IMG/VR virus record: IMGVR_UViG_3300037155_000067
Span: 1-51,280 of that record
DNA from: a virus
Taxonomy: Duplodnaviria > Caudoviricetes
Length of the DNA: 51,280 bases
Direction: 5' to 3' (one strand)
Program-made: the position numbers and the translations under genes
In this document: piece by piece, positions 27,890 to 37,006 of the stretch
Numbering within the stretch: position 1 is the stretch's first letter
Layout of the letters: every line of letters begins with the position of its first letter
Notes under the pieces: generated by a model
Told to the model about the DNA's origin: nothing
The model's database searches: none
What the model saw: the letters and a program-made list of their open reading frames with translations, nothing else

Positions 27890-28239
27890 GCCTTTAACTG
27901 GGCGCGCCCTTTCTGGATCGGTAGCACCTCGGCGAATCGAGTAATCAGTGGGTCTCTTGGTCGGCGCCGTTGTGGGTCAGGGATTCAGCGAATACCCGGC
28001 ATGAAATTAACCGCTAGCCGGCACTCAGCTTTCCCGGCGGTAACGGTCTCCGCTCTCAGTTTTAACTTTTGGGGCAAATTTACCCTTTATCCCTTTTGGG
28101 GGATAGAGGGGGTACGTACTTGCCTTGCGCATTCTCGATCCGAACCGTCAACTCTCCAGACAGGGAGGAAAACTTCGAGTGTGCTCTCGATTTACCGCTT
28201 TCATCAAAAAACGACGCTCCACGTTTGCCCATACGTCGC

Positions 28240-28268
28240 TTGACTGACACCTCCCTACCCTTTACCCT
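28240..28268 (+). promoter_or_regulatory. Putative promoter of the TerS region
   Basis: TTGACT-N17-TACCCT. Confidence 0.45.
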
Positions 28269-28276
28269 CGGTTTTA

Positions 28277-28492
28277 ATGAACCCAGACCGACCAGCCGAA
28301 TTAATCGCCGAGCTTCCGCCAGTCAGTTTCTCGGAACGTACTTACCAACTCCGGCAACTTGGCCCCGATCGCTTCGCCTGGGTTTGGGATGATTCCAGAG
28401 AATTGATTGGACCAATCTTCGTAACGGCCGGACAAGCTCAACTGTGGCAGCAAAATCGAATCGGTCATCGTTATCTAACCAAAATCACATGA
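28277..28492 (+). CDS. Hypothetical protein
   Basis: Follows the promoter; ATGA overlap with the next gene. Confidence 0.5.
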   Translation: MNPDRPAELIAELPPVSFSERTYQLRQLGPDRFAWVWDDSRELIGPIFVTAGQAQLWQQNRIGHRYLTKIT

Positions 28493-28962
28493 CGGACGAG
28501 ATAGATTGGCCTGGCATCCGCGCCAACGCTGTCCATGTTGGTGTCCGCGAAGCCGCTCGCCAAGCTGGCGCCGATCTCTCGCCCATCGAACAAAACCGTT
28601 TCGTCGAACGAGTTATGAAACGCTCTGGCCGCGAAGGATGGATTCAACACCTCGCCGAAGCTAAAGCCGCGGCCGCCATCTCGCCGGCCAGTTCGCTCCC
28701 GTTGTCCGCATCCGTCCGCACAGGTGCCGATTCGGCCTCTATTGCCTTAGCTGAAGCCTCAAAAGAGACTAAAGCTAACCTTGTCAAAGCCGCCGGCAAC
28801 GCTGCCAAAGTGTTTGCAAGTCGCACAGGCTCAAAGGTTATCGAGTCAGCGCAAGCACTGAGGCACATCACTGCGGCCGCCAGTACGCTGCACGGCTGGG
28901 AAGAGAAGAAGGATGCCGGGCTCACATTGCAGCTCGGCATCTCGGTCGGCGGCATGCAATGA
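28489..28962 (+). CDS. Putative terminase small subunit
   Basis: IDWxxIR...GVREAAR...KRSGREGW HTH pattern with a helical tail; precedes a pac-like region. Confidence 0.6.
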   Translation: MTDEIDWPGIRANAVHVGVREAARQAGADLSPIEQNRFVERVMKRSGREGWIQHLAEAKAAAAISPASSLPLSASVRTGADSASIALAEASKETKANLVKAAGNAAKVFASRTGSKVIESAQALRHITAAASTLHGWEEKKDAGLTLQLGISVGGMQ

Positions 28963-29374
28963 ACTGTGTATCAGTGGGTTAAAGTAGTCCGCGCCGTCCG
29001 CAACGCTCTCAAGTCTGATAAGTGCAATACAATAATGGTCATATAAAATAGAGTTGTAAACCATTGGAGATCAATGGTCTGTTCTCATCCCTGCAAGTAA
29101 CAGTGGGTAAACGGACTTCTTACGTAGCCTCATCCGTGCGAATGGTTAGCGTCGCCATGCCACGCGTGCCAACAGCCTGGCAGCTCAAGCTCGATCGATG
29201 ATCACGATGCCCATCGCCGCGACCACGTTGACCGCTACAGACCTTAAAAGAGATTCCTTTGTGACCGGTGGGGGCCGGCAGGGTGGACGCCCCCATGTGC
29301 GGCCAGAGCGGAGTAGAAGCCCGTGTAAAATTTTTCTTGCCCAAAAGGAATGAGTAAGATACGGTGGTGACCAA
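28963..29374. other. Non-coding region, candidate pac site/genome end
   Basis: Downstream of TerS; C-to-G skew switch; GGGG..CCCCC..AAAATTTTT motif; inverted repeat ACCATTG/CAATGGT at 29060-29078. Confidence 0.45.
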
Positions 29375-29620
29375 ATGAGATGTACCGAGTGCGGGAAGAA
29401 GGTAGGCGGGTTGTTTAGCGACGGGCGGTGTTTTGGGTGTCACCAGACAAACGTGGTGGTGCCGTTTGGGCCGGAAGGGGAAGAGAATCCAAAGGTGGAG
29501 CGAGTGGCGAAGCGGCATGCCAGGCGGATTGGCGAACCTGTGGACCACGAGAAGAAGGCACGGGATTACATAGCAGATCAGCAGTCAATGGAATTTCAGG
29601 TAGTGGGCTACTTTGAATGA
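29375..29620 (+). CDS. Small zinc-finger protein
   Basis: CTEC...CFGC. Confidence 0.55.
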   Translation: MRCTECGKKVGGLFSDGRCFGCHQTNVVVPFGPEGEENPKVERVAKRHARRIGEPVDHEKKARDYIADQQSMEFQVVGYFE

Positions 29621-30513
29621 CAACACGGCACATCATCCCAATTTCCGGTAAAGATTCGCTCGCGACCGCGATTTGGCAGACCGCGCACGAGCCTGAGTTG
29701 CCCTACGAATTTGCGTTCAACGACACGCGCGCGGAACTGCCGGAAACCTATGAGTGGTTGGCGCGCGTCGAGAAGGTGCTCGGCATCACAATCATCCGTA
29801 TCGGGAAATCGCTAGAGCAGGTGATTGACGAACAAGGCATCCTGCCGTCTCCGCGCATACGGTTCTGCACCGAACGGTCAAAGATTCGCCCGATGGATAG
29901 GTTCATCGGGAGCGACAACGCCATCGTCTATTTCGGCCTTCGTGCTGATGAACCCGAACGGGTGGGAGCATTCAAGACGGCAAAACTGACCCCGCGTTAT
30001 CCGCTCCGCGATGCTGGCATTGGCCTGTCCGTCGTCTATCGCATCGTGGAAGCACGGGAGCTGATGCCTCCGGCCTTCTTCTGGCAGAGGCTTTACGACG
30101 CCGTAGCGAAGCAAATGGGCGAGGTAATGGCGGTCGTGGAGTCTTGGCCCGCGTGGATGAAGGCGCGTGTGTTCGCGTGGCGCTCCCGGCCCAACTGCTA
30201 CTTCTGTTTTTTCCAGCGACGTTATGAGTGGGTCGGTTTACTGGAGTTCCACCCTGAGCTTTTCGACAGAGCGGAGGCGATTGAGCTTCGTGTCGGCAAC
30301 GGTCCTGAGTTGAGGCGATCCACTGGATTCCAGTGGATCGCAGAAGGCTACCCGCTCTCAAAGATCAGAGAGAACGCCGAGGCCATCTTCGTGAAGCGGG
30401 TGGCGGCCATCTGCAAGCTGATTAACGACGCCCGCCAAGGCGATCTATTTCAGGCTGCGCTTGATGAAATGGACATGGCGGGAACGTCGTGCGGACTGCT
30501 CTGCGGGAAATAA
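29617..30513 (+). CDS. PAPS reductase-family (PP-loop) protein
   Basis: ISGKDS, NDTRAELPETY, RFCT..SKI.P, GLRADE, YPL, NCYFCF and C-terminal CGLLCG. Confidence 0.85.
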   Translation: MTTRHIIPISGKDSLATAIWQTAHEPELPYEFAFNDTRAELPETYEWLARVEKVLGITIIRIGKSLEQVIDEQGILPSPRIRFCTERSKIRPMDRFIGSDNAIVYFGLRADEPERVGAFKTAKLTPRYPLRDAGIGLSVVYRIVEARELMPPAFFWQRLYDAVAKQMGEVMAVVESWPAWMKARVFAWRSRPNCYFCFFQRRYEWVGLLEFHPELFDRAEAIELRVGNGPELRRSTGFQWIAEGYPLSKIRENAEAIFVKRVAAICKLINDARQGDLFQAALDEMDMAGTSCGLLCGK

Positions 30514-30615
30514 AACCCATGCCAAACAATGAACAAAATCAAAGTAGCCCACTACCGAATTTCACATAGGCCCGCCGCAAGAGAGTGATTGACATTGGTG
30601 GGTGAGTCTGCGTTG

Positions 30616-30744
30616 ATGGGTGGCGTTGTGGAGAAGAAAAAGATCAGTCGGCAAGAGCGTTGGAGGCGTAAGAACAAGAATCACGTAGCGGCGTACATGA
30701 GGCGGTGGCGGGCGAAGAGGAAGCGGAAGAAGGGATTGGTTTAA
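30616..30744 (+). CDS. Short Arg/Lys-rich peptide
   Basis: RQERWRRKNKNHVAAYMRRWRAKRKRKK; TTGACA upstream. Confidence 0.4.
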   Translation: MGGVVEKKKISRQERWRRKNKNHVAAYMRRWRAKRKRKKGLV

Positions 30745-30750
30745 TGGGAT

Positions 30751-31353
30751 ATGGCACTTGTAAAATCAAAATTACAATTTGGAAGAGAGCCAACGGAATT
30801 CACCGATCTGCAACTTCATAAATTTTGGTCTAAAGTTGACTTCAGTGGTGAATGTTGGGTTTGGACTGCATGCAGAATCAAGGATGGCTATGGACTAGTT
30901 TTACTTGGGGGTTCTTGCCAACTAGCCCATCGAATCAGTTTTGTGTTATCGAACGGACCAATACCCCGCGGATTGTACGTTTTGCACAAATGCGATAAGC
31001 CGGCGTGCGTAAACATCGATCATTTGTTTCTCGGTACGCAATCCGACAACATGCGAGACATGCGAGCGAAGGGAAGAAACTCTCCTCCTAAAACGGGCGA
31101 CCAGCATTGGACAAGAATTCATCCTGATAAAGTCCCGCGAGGATCGAGCCACTATTTAAAAAATCATCCCTGGTTGGCAGCAAGAGGAGAACGGAACGGA
31201 CAAGCAAAACTCACCTCCCAACAGGTCGCAAAAATTCGATTATTACATGCGGCTGGAAACGATACTTTTAGAAGTCTTGGCGTAAAATTCAAACTCGACC
31301 GAAGCACTATTGGCGACATTGTTCACCGCCAAATTTGGAAGCACGTTCAATGA
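30751..31353 (+). CDS. HNH homing endonuclease with a C-terminal HTH
   Basis: FWSKVD, CWVW, AHRIS, VLHKCDKPACVNIDHLFLGTQSDN and AKLT. Confidence 0.92.
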   Translation: MALVKSKLQFGREPTEFTDLQLHKFWSKVDFSGECWVWTACRIKDGYGLVLLGGSCQLAHRISFVLSNGPIPRGLYVLHKCDKPACVNIDHLFLGTQSDNMRDMRAKGRNSPPKTGDQHWTRIHPDKVPRGSSHYLKNHPWLAARGERNGQAKLTSQQVAKIRLLHAAGNDTFRSLGVKFKLDRSTIGDIVHRQIWKHVQ

Positions 31354-31646
31354 GCTTAGTGATTCGCGACACGAGTTCGGTTCCGCCTGATCGGTGGAGC
31401 TATTACGTTGCGGCGACGTTGCACAGAATCGAGTCTCCAAACTGGAATGCGCTGTACGATTTGGTGTCGAGGCATTGCGTTGTGAACGGTGTGCCGGTGC
31501 CGAGTTTGCAGGATGTTGTCGATCAGGTGTGCCGCGAACTTCACGTAAATTGCTACGATGATCAGACGCGGCAGCCGTTGGTGAACAAGTTTTCGTTGGG
31601 GTTGCCGCACAAACCGAGTTCGTGTTGTTCGAAAACCTTAAAATAG
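31350..31646 (+). CDS. Cys-rich hypothetical protein of the head module
   Basis: VPP..W.Y...V..H...NG...QVC; upstream of the portal. Confidence 0.6.
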   Translation: MSLVIRDTSSVPPDRWSYYVAATLHRIESPNWNALYDLVSRHCVVNGVPVPSLQDVVDQVCRELHVNCYDDQTRQPLVNKFSLGLPHKPSSCCSKTLK

Positions 31647-31939
31647 TGACGATCTTCCAATTTTGCCTGGCCAGTTTGGCGACGTATAGACTTGTTGTGC
31701 TTTTCGCAAGGGACGCGGGTCCGTTCGGTCTTTTCAAGAAACTGCGCGCGCTGAAGGGAATCGGGCCGATGGTTGGCTGCCCGTATTGCATTTCGATTTG
31801 GCTGTCGGCAAATATCGAAGCGGCGTTCTTCGTCTCTGGCGTTCGCGACATTCTTGTGGTAAGCATCGCAATCGTGTTTGCGCTCTCCGCCGTTTCGCTA
31901 ATTTTGGATCGCACATTTACTTCCGATTTTCAGAACTGA
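31646..31939 (+). CDS. DUF1360-like membrane protein
   Basis: LATYRL...D.GPF...R and CPYCISIW. Confidence 0.75.
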   Translation: MTIFQFCLASLATYRLVVLFARDAGPFGLFKKLRALKGIGPMVGCPYCISIWLSANIEAAFFVSGVRDILVVSIAIVFALSAVSLILDRTFTSDFQN

Positions 31940-31963
31940 TATGGGATATCAATTTTCTCTCTT

Positions 31964-32215
31964 ATGATCACACCGACCAAAGGCCGATTGATCGTTTCGG
32001 TTCCGTTGCCCGACAAGATGTCGAGCGTGATCGAGGTGCCTGATCAGTTCAAACAATCGCAGACGGCCCGAGTTGTATCGGCCAATTCGAAGTTGCCAGT
32101 CAAGACTGGCGACAATGTTTTGCTTCATCCTAACGCCGCATGGACGAACATTGTGCATGACGGCGAACCGATGAGAGTAGTCCTCGAGGAATACGTTCTT
32201 GCGGTCATGGAATAA
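31964..32215 (+). CDS. groES: GroES/Cpn10-like co-chaperonin
   Basis: ITPTKGRLIV, IEVPD, ARVVS, VKTGDNVL and VLEEYVLAVME. Confidence 0.75.
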   Translation: MITPTKGRLIVSVPLPDKMSSVIEVPDQFKQSQTARVVSANSKLPVKTGDNVLLHPNAAWTNIVHDGEPMRVVLEEYVLAVME

Positions 32216-32218
32216 TTT

Positions 32219-34498
32219 ATGGCCCAGGGCGAGATTCCACGGGATTTTGAAGATCAAGAGGGTGGCGGCGTAATTGTCTCTCCGGAGCGCTTTAAGAATG
32301 CGGGAGAAATTGCAGATTGCTGTAACGAAATGGTCGATGCCGACCGTCAACGGGCGCCTTGGAGAGCGTCGATCGATGGTCTAATTGACGGCAACGCGAC
32401 TTTCAAGCTTTCAACACTCAAGGCAAAAGGCCAGGCGTGGCGCGCGAGGTGCAACTACCGCGGCGCCGAGGGCGCGCTGCAATCCGTTCAGACTCCGTTC
32501 TACGATCTCGTAACTGAAGTCGATCCGTGCGTCGAGGTAATGCTCGACTTTGGGAAAGGGGTCGATCAAGCCGATTGGGCGAATGCGATCGCGTCAGATT
32601 TCCATTGGATGTTGATGAAAAAATGGCGTGAAAGTTTTAATTTCCACATCCAACTTCAACAGCTCGAAATGTTAAAGCACGGCCTCGGTTGCCATATCTG
32701 GCCGGGGAAAAAGAGTTGCTGGTGCCCGGACACGCCAGCGACCGGCATGGTCCTCTTTCCCGATGGAGTAACGATCAATCTCAAGGAAAAGCTAGATTAC
32801 TTCATGCTGCGCGATTTCCTGCCAGGGTTCGCGCTTTACAAACACATCCGAAACGAAGAGGCCGCTACGAAGCTTGGTTGGAACGTCGATACGGTTTGGC
32901 AGGCGCTCGCGCAATCGAGTAAAAACCAGTATCGCACCACGGGCGGCACGGGTCGCTACACGGCAGAGCAGGCGCAGCGCGAGTATAAAGCGGGCGACAT
33001 CGGGACGAGTAACAGCCATCAATCGGGCATCTGGTTGAACCACCTTTTTGTAAAAGAGATCGAGACTGGCATGATCAGCCAGTACACGGTCGCCGAGGGA
33101 ATCGTGGTCAATGGCCCGACTGGCGGCAAGACGGACGATCCGTGGGCGAGCTGTCTTTTTCGTAAACGGAACAAGTTCGACGAGTGGCCGCTCGTCATTT
33201 TCCCCTATGGAATAGGGAACGCCGGACTAATCCATACGATTCGCGGCCTCGGTGCGCGCACGAAAGATTTCTTCGAACTAATGAACCGATTGACCAACGC
33301 GGAGGTTGATCAAGTTCTCGTCGGGTCGTTAATGACAGTCAAACAAACGGGTGCGCAAGATCCCGATAAACTCAGACTAACTCGGATCGGCATGATGAAC
33401 ATTATCCCGCAAGGTCTTGAGATTGTGCCAGGTGTTCAATTCCCGCCACTCGACAAGGGTCCGATTGCGCTCATCCAGCAACTTGAGCGCGGCTATCAGA
33501 CGAACAATCAATCGTATTTGCAGGGAACGCCGGAGCCGGTTGACCGCGAGACTGCTACATCATTCTCCTCGCGTACGCAGAATTCAGGTCAAGTTTCGAA
33601 AGGAATCCATTCGCTTTACGCTGGCAATTGGCAGCAGGCGCTTGAGCGTATGCTCGTCACGGCCGCGAGTCCGCAAGCTGCCGTTGGAGACAGCTACGAT
33701 GCGGAACTTGCCAGGGCGTTTCAGGAACGCTGCATCCGGCACGGTGTCCCAAAAGAGGCGTTGGTTCACATCGAGGAAGTAAACGAAGTCTTGAGCACCG
33801 GCGCCGGGAGTCCTGCGGCACGTATCGACGCGCTATCGACGATCTTCGAAAGAATTTATCCAACGACGACCGAGCCCCGAAAAATCAACATTGAACGAGA
33901 TTTGGTGGCGACGTTGGTTTCGAGTTCGAAAGTTGATCGGTATGCGCGCAGCCATGACGACAATAATTTACCTGACGAAGATTCGTCTTTGGCCGTTGTG
34001 GAAAACAACGGGCTCGCGAGTGGTGGCGATGCGCTCGTGTCGCCGCAACAAAATCACGTCGAACATCTGACCGAGCACGGGAAGAAGGCGCAGGAGATCG
34101 TTCAGGCCGTAATGGCTGGTCAAATGGACCCCGAGCAGGCGTTGGCGATCATTCAGAAGTTTGGCGCGCACATGGCGGATCACTTGAAGGCTTTGTCGGG
34201 CAATCCTATGAGAAAGGCCGAATTCGAGCAGCTTCGTAAGGAGTGGGTCGCTCTTAGCGTCATCGCAGACAAGTTGCAGCAGCAAATTTCTCAACATCAA
34301 AATTCGAACAAACAACCGCCAAAAGAACAGATATCGGATTCGCTAAAAATCGGTCAGGCCAAGGTCGCGGCCTCGGAGCGAATCGGCATGGCGAAAGTAG
34401 CATCCAAGGGTCGAATTGACTTGAGTAAATTAGCAATAGACTCGAAAATAAAAGCAGCCGAACTGGCAATGAACGGCAGCCGGAAAGTTGCAGCATAA
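32219..34498 (+). CDS. Portal protein
   Basis: 759 aa; first large gene of the head block; helical Gln-rich C-terminal barrel; ETAT motif. Confidence 0.75.
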   Translation: MAQGEIPRDFEDQEGGGVIVSPERFKNAGEIADCCNEMVDADRQRAPWRASIDGLIDGNATFKLSTLKAKGQAWRARCNYRGAEGALQSVQTPFYDLVTEVDPCVEVMLDFGKGVDQADWANAIASDFHWMLMKKWRESFNFHIQLQQLEMLKHGLGCHIWPGKKSCWCPDTPATGMVLFPDGVTINLKEKLDYFMLRDFLPGFALYKHIRNEEAATKLGWNVDTVWQALAQSSKNQYRTTGGTGRYTAEQAQREYKAGDIGTSNSHQSGIWLNHLFVKEIETGMISQYTVAEGIVVNGPTGGKTDDPWASCLFRKRNKFDEWPLVIFPYGIGNAGLIHTIRGLGARTKDFFELMNRLTNAEVDQVLVGSLMTVKQTGAQDPDKLRLTRIGMMNIIPQGLEIVPGVQFPPLDKGPIALIQQLERGYQTNNQSYLQGTPEPVDRETATSFSSRTQNSGQVSKGIHSLYAGNWQQALERMLVTAASPQAAVGDSYDAELARAFQERCIRHGVPKEALVHIEEVNEVLSTGAGSPAARIDALSTIFERIYPTTTEPRKINIERDLVATLVSSSKVDRYARSHDDNNLPDEDSSLAVVENNGLASGGDALVSPQQNHVEHLTEHGKKAQEIVQAVMAGQMDPEQALAIIQKFGAHMADHLKALSGNPMRKAEFEQLRKEWVALSVIADKLQQQISQHQNSNKQPPKEQISDSLKIGQAKVAASERIGMAKVASKGRIDLSKLAIDSKIKAAELAMNGSRKVAA

Positions 34499-34501
34499 TT
34501 T

Positions 34502-35026
34502 GTGACTCCACATCAACGTAATCACCGGTTCACCGGCATCAAAACGTTTGAGCAAAGTGTTGAAGATTTTTGGACAAAAGTTGATTCTAAAAATTTAGCT
34601 GATCCAACGAAATGCTGGGAGTGGACTGGGTTCAAAACACCATTCGGACACGGTGTAGCAAGTTTCCAAGGGAAACAAATCGGAGCGCATAGAGCCTCTT
34701 TTTTAGTTCACCACGGTGCCATTCCAGATGGATTATTTGTTTGCCACCGCTGCGATGTTCCAGCATGCGTAAATCCAAATCATCTCTTCCTTGGGACTCA
34801 ACGCGACAACATGATCGACTGTCGTGACAAAAAACGGTTGCGTGGATTTATTACAAGCCCAGTCCGAGGAGAGGCGACAAAGCATAATAAACTCAACGAG
34901 ATTCAGGTTCGTGAAATCCTTACCTCGAAAGATGCCGGTCGGACATTCGCCAGAAAATTCAAAGTTGCAGAAGCGACAATTTCAAGAATTCGAAATCGAG
35001 TGAACTGGAAGCATATTTCGGTATGA
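34502..35026 (+). CDS. HNH homing endonuclease
   Basis: FWTKVD, CWEW, AHRAS and VCHRCDVPACVNPNHLFLGTQRDN. Confidence 0.92.
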   Translation: MTPHQRNHRFTGIKTFEQSVEDFWTKVDSKNLADPTKCWEWTGFKTPFGHGVASFQGKQIGAHRASFLVHHGAIPDGLFVCHRCDVPACVNPNHLFLGTQRDNMIDCRDKKRLRGFITSPVRGEATKHNKLNEIQVREILTSKDAGRTFARKFKVAEATISRIRNRVNWKHISV

Positions 35027-35445
35027 GTCCACTCGAAACCTTCCAAAACCAATTCGGGCGCGACTGGGCAGAACTCGTCGGCACACCGGCTTTCTCCGCC
35101 GCGCTCGCGTTGGCGCACAGCGAACGGATTCAGAAGATAACGATTCTGACCGATGACGAGATTGCGATGCGCGGCCAAATTATTCTGGCCGATCTGCGCG
35201 GGCATTTGCTTTACGAATCTGCGCTGCTCGGACTGCACGAGAAAAAAGAATTCGTCTTTCAGTCGTTAGGCGAGGAAGAATATCCTGATCCCATCAAGGA
35301 AGCGCGCGAGGAAAACATCATCGCGCAGCAAGAGGAATCTCAGTCCACGAGTGTCGCAGGCCCCTCTATTCACGAGCAGATTTTTCCCGAACCTAAACCA
35401 AAACGCCGTGGTAGGCCGCCCGGTAAAAGTAAGAAAAAGAAATGA
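35023..35445 (+). CDS. Head-module protein with an AT-hook tail
   Basis: Between portal and scaffold; ends PKRRGRPPGKSKKKK. Confidence 0.6.
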   Translation: MSPLETFQNQFGRDWAELVGTPAFSAALALAHSERIQKITILTDDEIAMRGQIILADLRGHLLYESALLGLHEKKEFVFQSLGEEEYPDPIKEAREENIIAQQEESQSTSVAGPSIHEQIFPEPKPKRRGRPPGKSKKKK

Positions 35446-35645
35446 CGCAAGGCGAAACGCGCGAATCAGAAGTGGTAGAATGGGACGACGAGAGTTTTAA
35501 TCACATCTCGCCTCCGCCGCATGATTCAGCGTATTGCGGCCTTCTCCGTGCAGTTAAAGATAGAGGAACGTGGTTGCACAACAGGCCATGCTGCCCAATT
35601 TGCTACGCTTTACACAAACAATCAGGACGTAAATTAAGAATATGA
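35442..35645 (+). CDS. Small Cys/His-rich hypothetical protein
   Basis: ATGA overlaps; CCPIC. Confidence 0.45.
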   Translation: MTQGETRESEVVEWDDESFNHISPPPHDSAYCGLLRAVKDRGTWLHNRPCCPICYALHKQSGRKLRI

Positions 35646-36964
35646 TCACGCGCAACCGAATGAAATTCATGGAAGGCAATAGCGACGGGTTCGGTGGGAG
35701 TGTCGCCGTGGCCGAGCCGCCACCAGCCATGACGCCGTTGGCCGAGATTTACAACAAGTCTCTGGCTGAAGCACAAGGGGAAAAGCACGCACCTTCCGCC
35801 AGTGGCCCAACAGGACCGGCAGGAACAACTGGAGCGACAGGACATCAAGACGTTTCGGGTCCGTCAGGTCCAGCCGCTAGTGGAGCAACCGGCCCGGCAC
35901 CGAAAGAAAAGCCTGCCAGCGCGCTCGACGCCGTTCTGGACGATGCGCCAGCCAGCACGGTCGCAACCGGACCCGCCGTAGCTGATGAGAACGAGTTCTT
36001 GAACGAATTGCCCGAAACCCTACCGCGCGAAGGTCGTGGCGCCCATTGGGAGAAGGCCAGGGGCGCGATCAAGACGCAGGGCGCCACCATCTCGCAGCTC
36101 ACCAAGGAAAGCCGAGAGAAGGACGCGAAGATTCAACAATTGGAAACCGCGCCACCAAAAAACTCAGATGAGGTCGCCGCACTCCAAAAACAGCTCGACG
36201 AGTACAAAGACGCCGTGGTGGCGATCAACGTCGAATACGATCCCGAGCACCGGAAAAAGTTCGTGGACGGCCGGTCAGCGCTCATTTCCAAGGCTGCGGT
36301 CAAGCTTGACGCGTTCGGCGGCAAAGGCGAACTGATCAAGTCCGCTCTCGAGATGTCCGAAGGCCGTGGCCGCACACAAGCGATCAAGGAAGCGTTGGCC
36401 GATCTCGAACCCGTTGAACAAAACCGCGTCTTGCAATTCGTCGGTGAAGTCGAAAAGCTCGACGACGAGAAGGCCGAGATAATGAAAGATCCACAGGGCG
36501 CATGGAATAAGCTCCAGAAATCGCAGTCCGACGCGCGACAAGTCGCCGCGCAACAGGCTGAGGAGTACAAAAAAACCGTGTTCGAATCCGTTAGTAAAAC
36601 GTTGCCATCCAAGATTTTCCTACTTAGACCGGTCGATTCGTCCCTCCCTGACGCTACAGAGCACAACGCCGCAATCGAACAAATCAAGGCCGATGCGTTC
36701 AAACTCCTTCAGCCTGATGCCAAACCGGAAGATTTGGTCGAAGCCGCCTACGCCAAACAGGTCGTGCCTAAGTTGCAGCAGTTCTTGATCGACACCCGCG
36801 CCGAACTCAAAGCCGCTCGCGCCGCCCTCAAGGAATACGAAGGTGCCGAACCCGGCTTCCGTGGAGGCAAACCCAAAGCCAAGAGCGAGGCCGAACAAAA
36901 ACTGGATAAGACCCCGGGTCAGCTTTTCACTGAGTCGCTCCGTGAGTCGCGCAGTCACGAATAA
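35642..36964 (+). CDS. Capsid scaffolding protein (putative)
   Basis: Disordered N-terminus and long charged coiled coil; between portal and MCP. Confidence 0.7.
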   Translation: MITRNRMKFMEGNSDGFGGSVAVAEPPPAMTPLAEIYNKSLAEAQGEKHAPSASGPTGPAGTTGATGHQDVSGPSGPAASGATGPAPKEKPASALDAVLDDAPASTVATGPAVADENEFLNELPETLPREGRGAHWEKARGAIKTQGATISQLTKESREKDAKIQQLETAPPKNSDEVAALQKQLDEYKDAVVAINVEYDPEHRKKFVDGRSALISKAAVKLDAFGGKGELIKSALEMSEGRGRTQAIKEALADLEPVEQNRVLQFVGEVEKLDDEKAEIMKDPQGAWNKLQKSQSDARQVAAQQAEEYKKTVFESVSKTLPSKIFLLRPVDSSLPDATEHNAAIEQIKADAFKLLQPDAKPEDLVEAAYAKQVVPKLQQFLIDTRAELKAARAALKEYEGAEPGFRGGKPKAKSEAEQKLDKTPGQLFTESLRESRSHE

Positions 36965-37006
36965 TTTGACTTGCGTTATCCGGCGGAACAGTAGAATAGG
37001 AGAACA

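Noticed and set aside
27519-28392. Overlapping ORFs 27519-27878, 27526-27897, 28001-28243 and 28069-28392
   Set aside because: No motifs and atypical composition; the region is better explained by RNA structure and promoters
29011-29050. dif-like XerCD site (AAGTCTGATAA...)
   Set aside because: Only a XerC-like half-site; no TTATGTTAAA-like XerD arm at 6-bp spacing
29617-30513. Calling this gene cysH (sulfur auxiliary metabolic gene)
   Set aside because: No sulfur pathway partners; the Cys pattern fits the phage and DNA-modification-associated branch better
34502-35026. HNH genes as group I intron-encoded
   Set aside because: The flanking genes look complete and there is no room for an intron core
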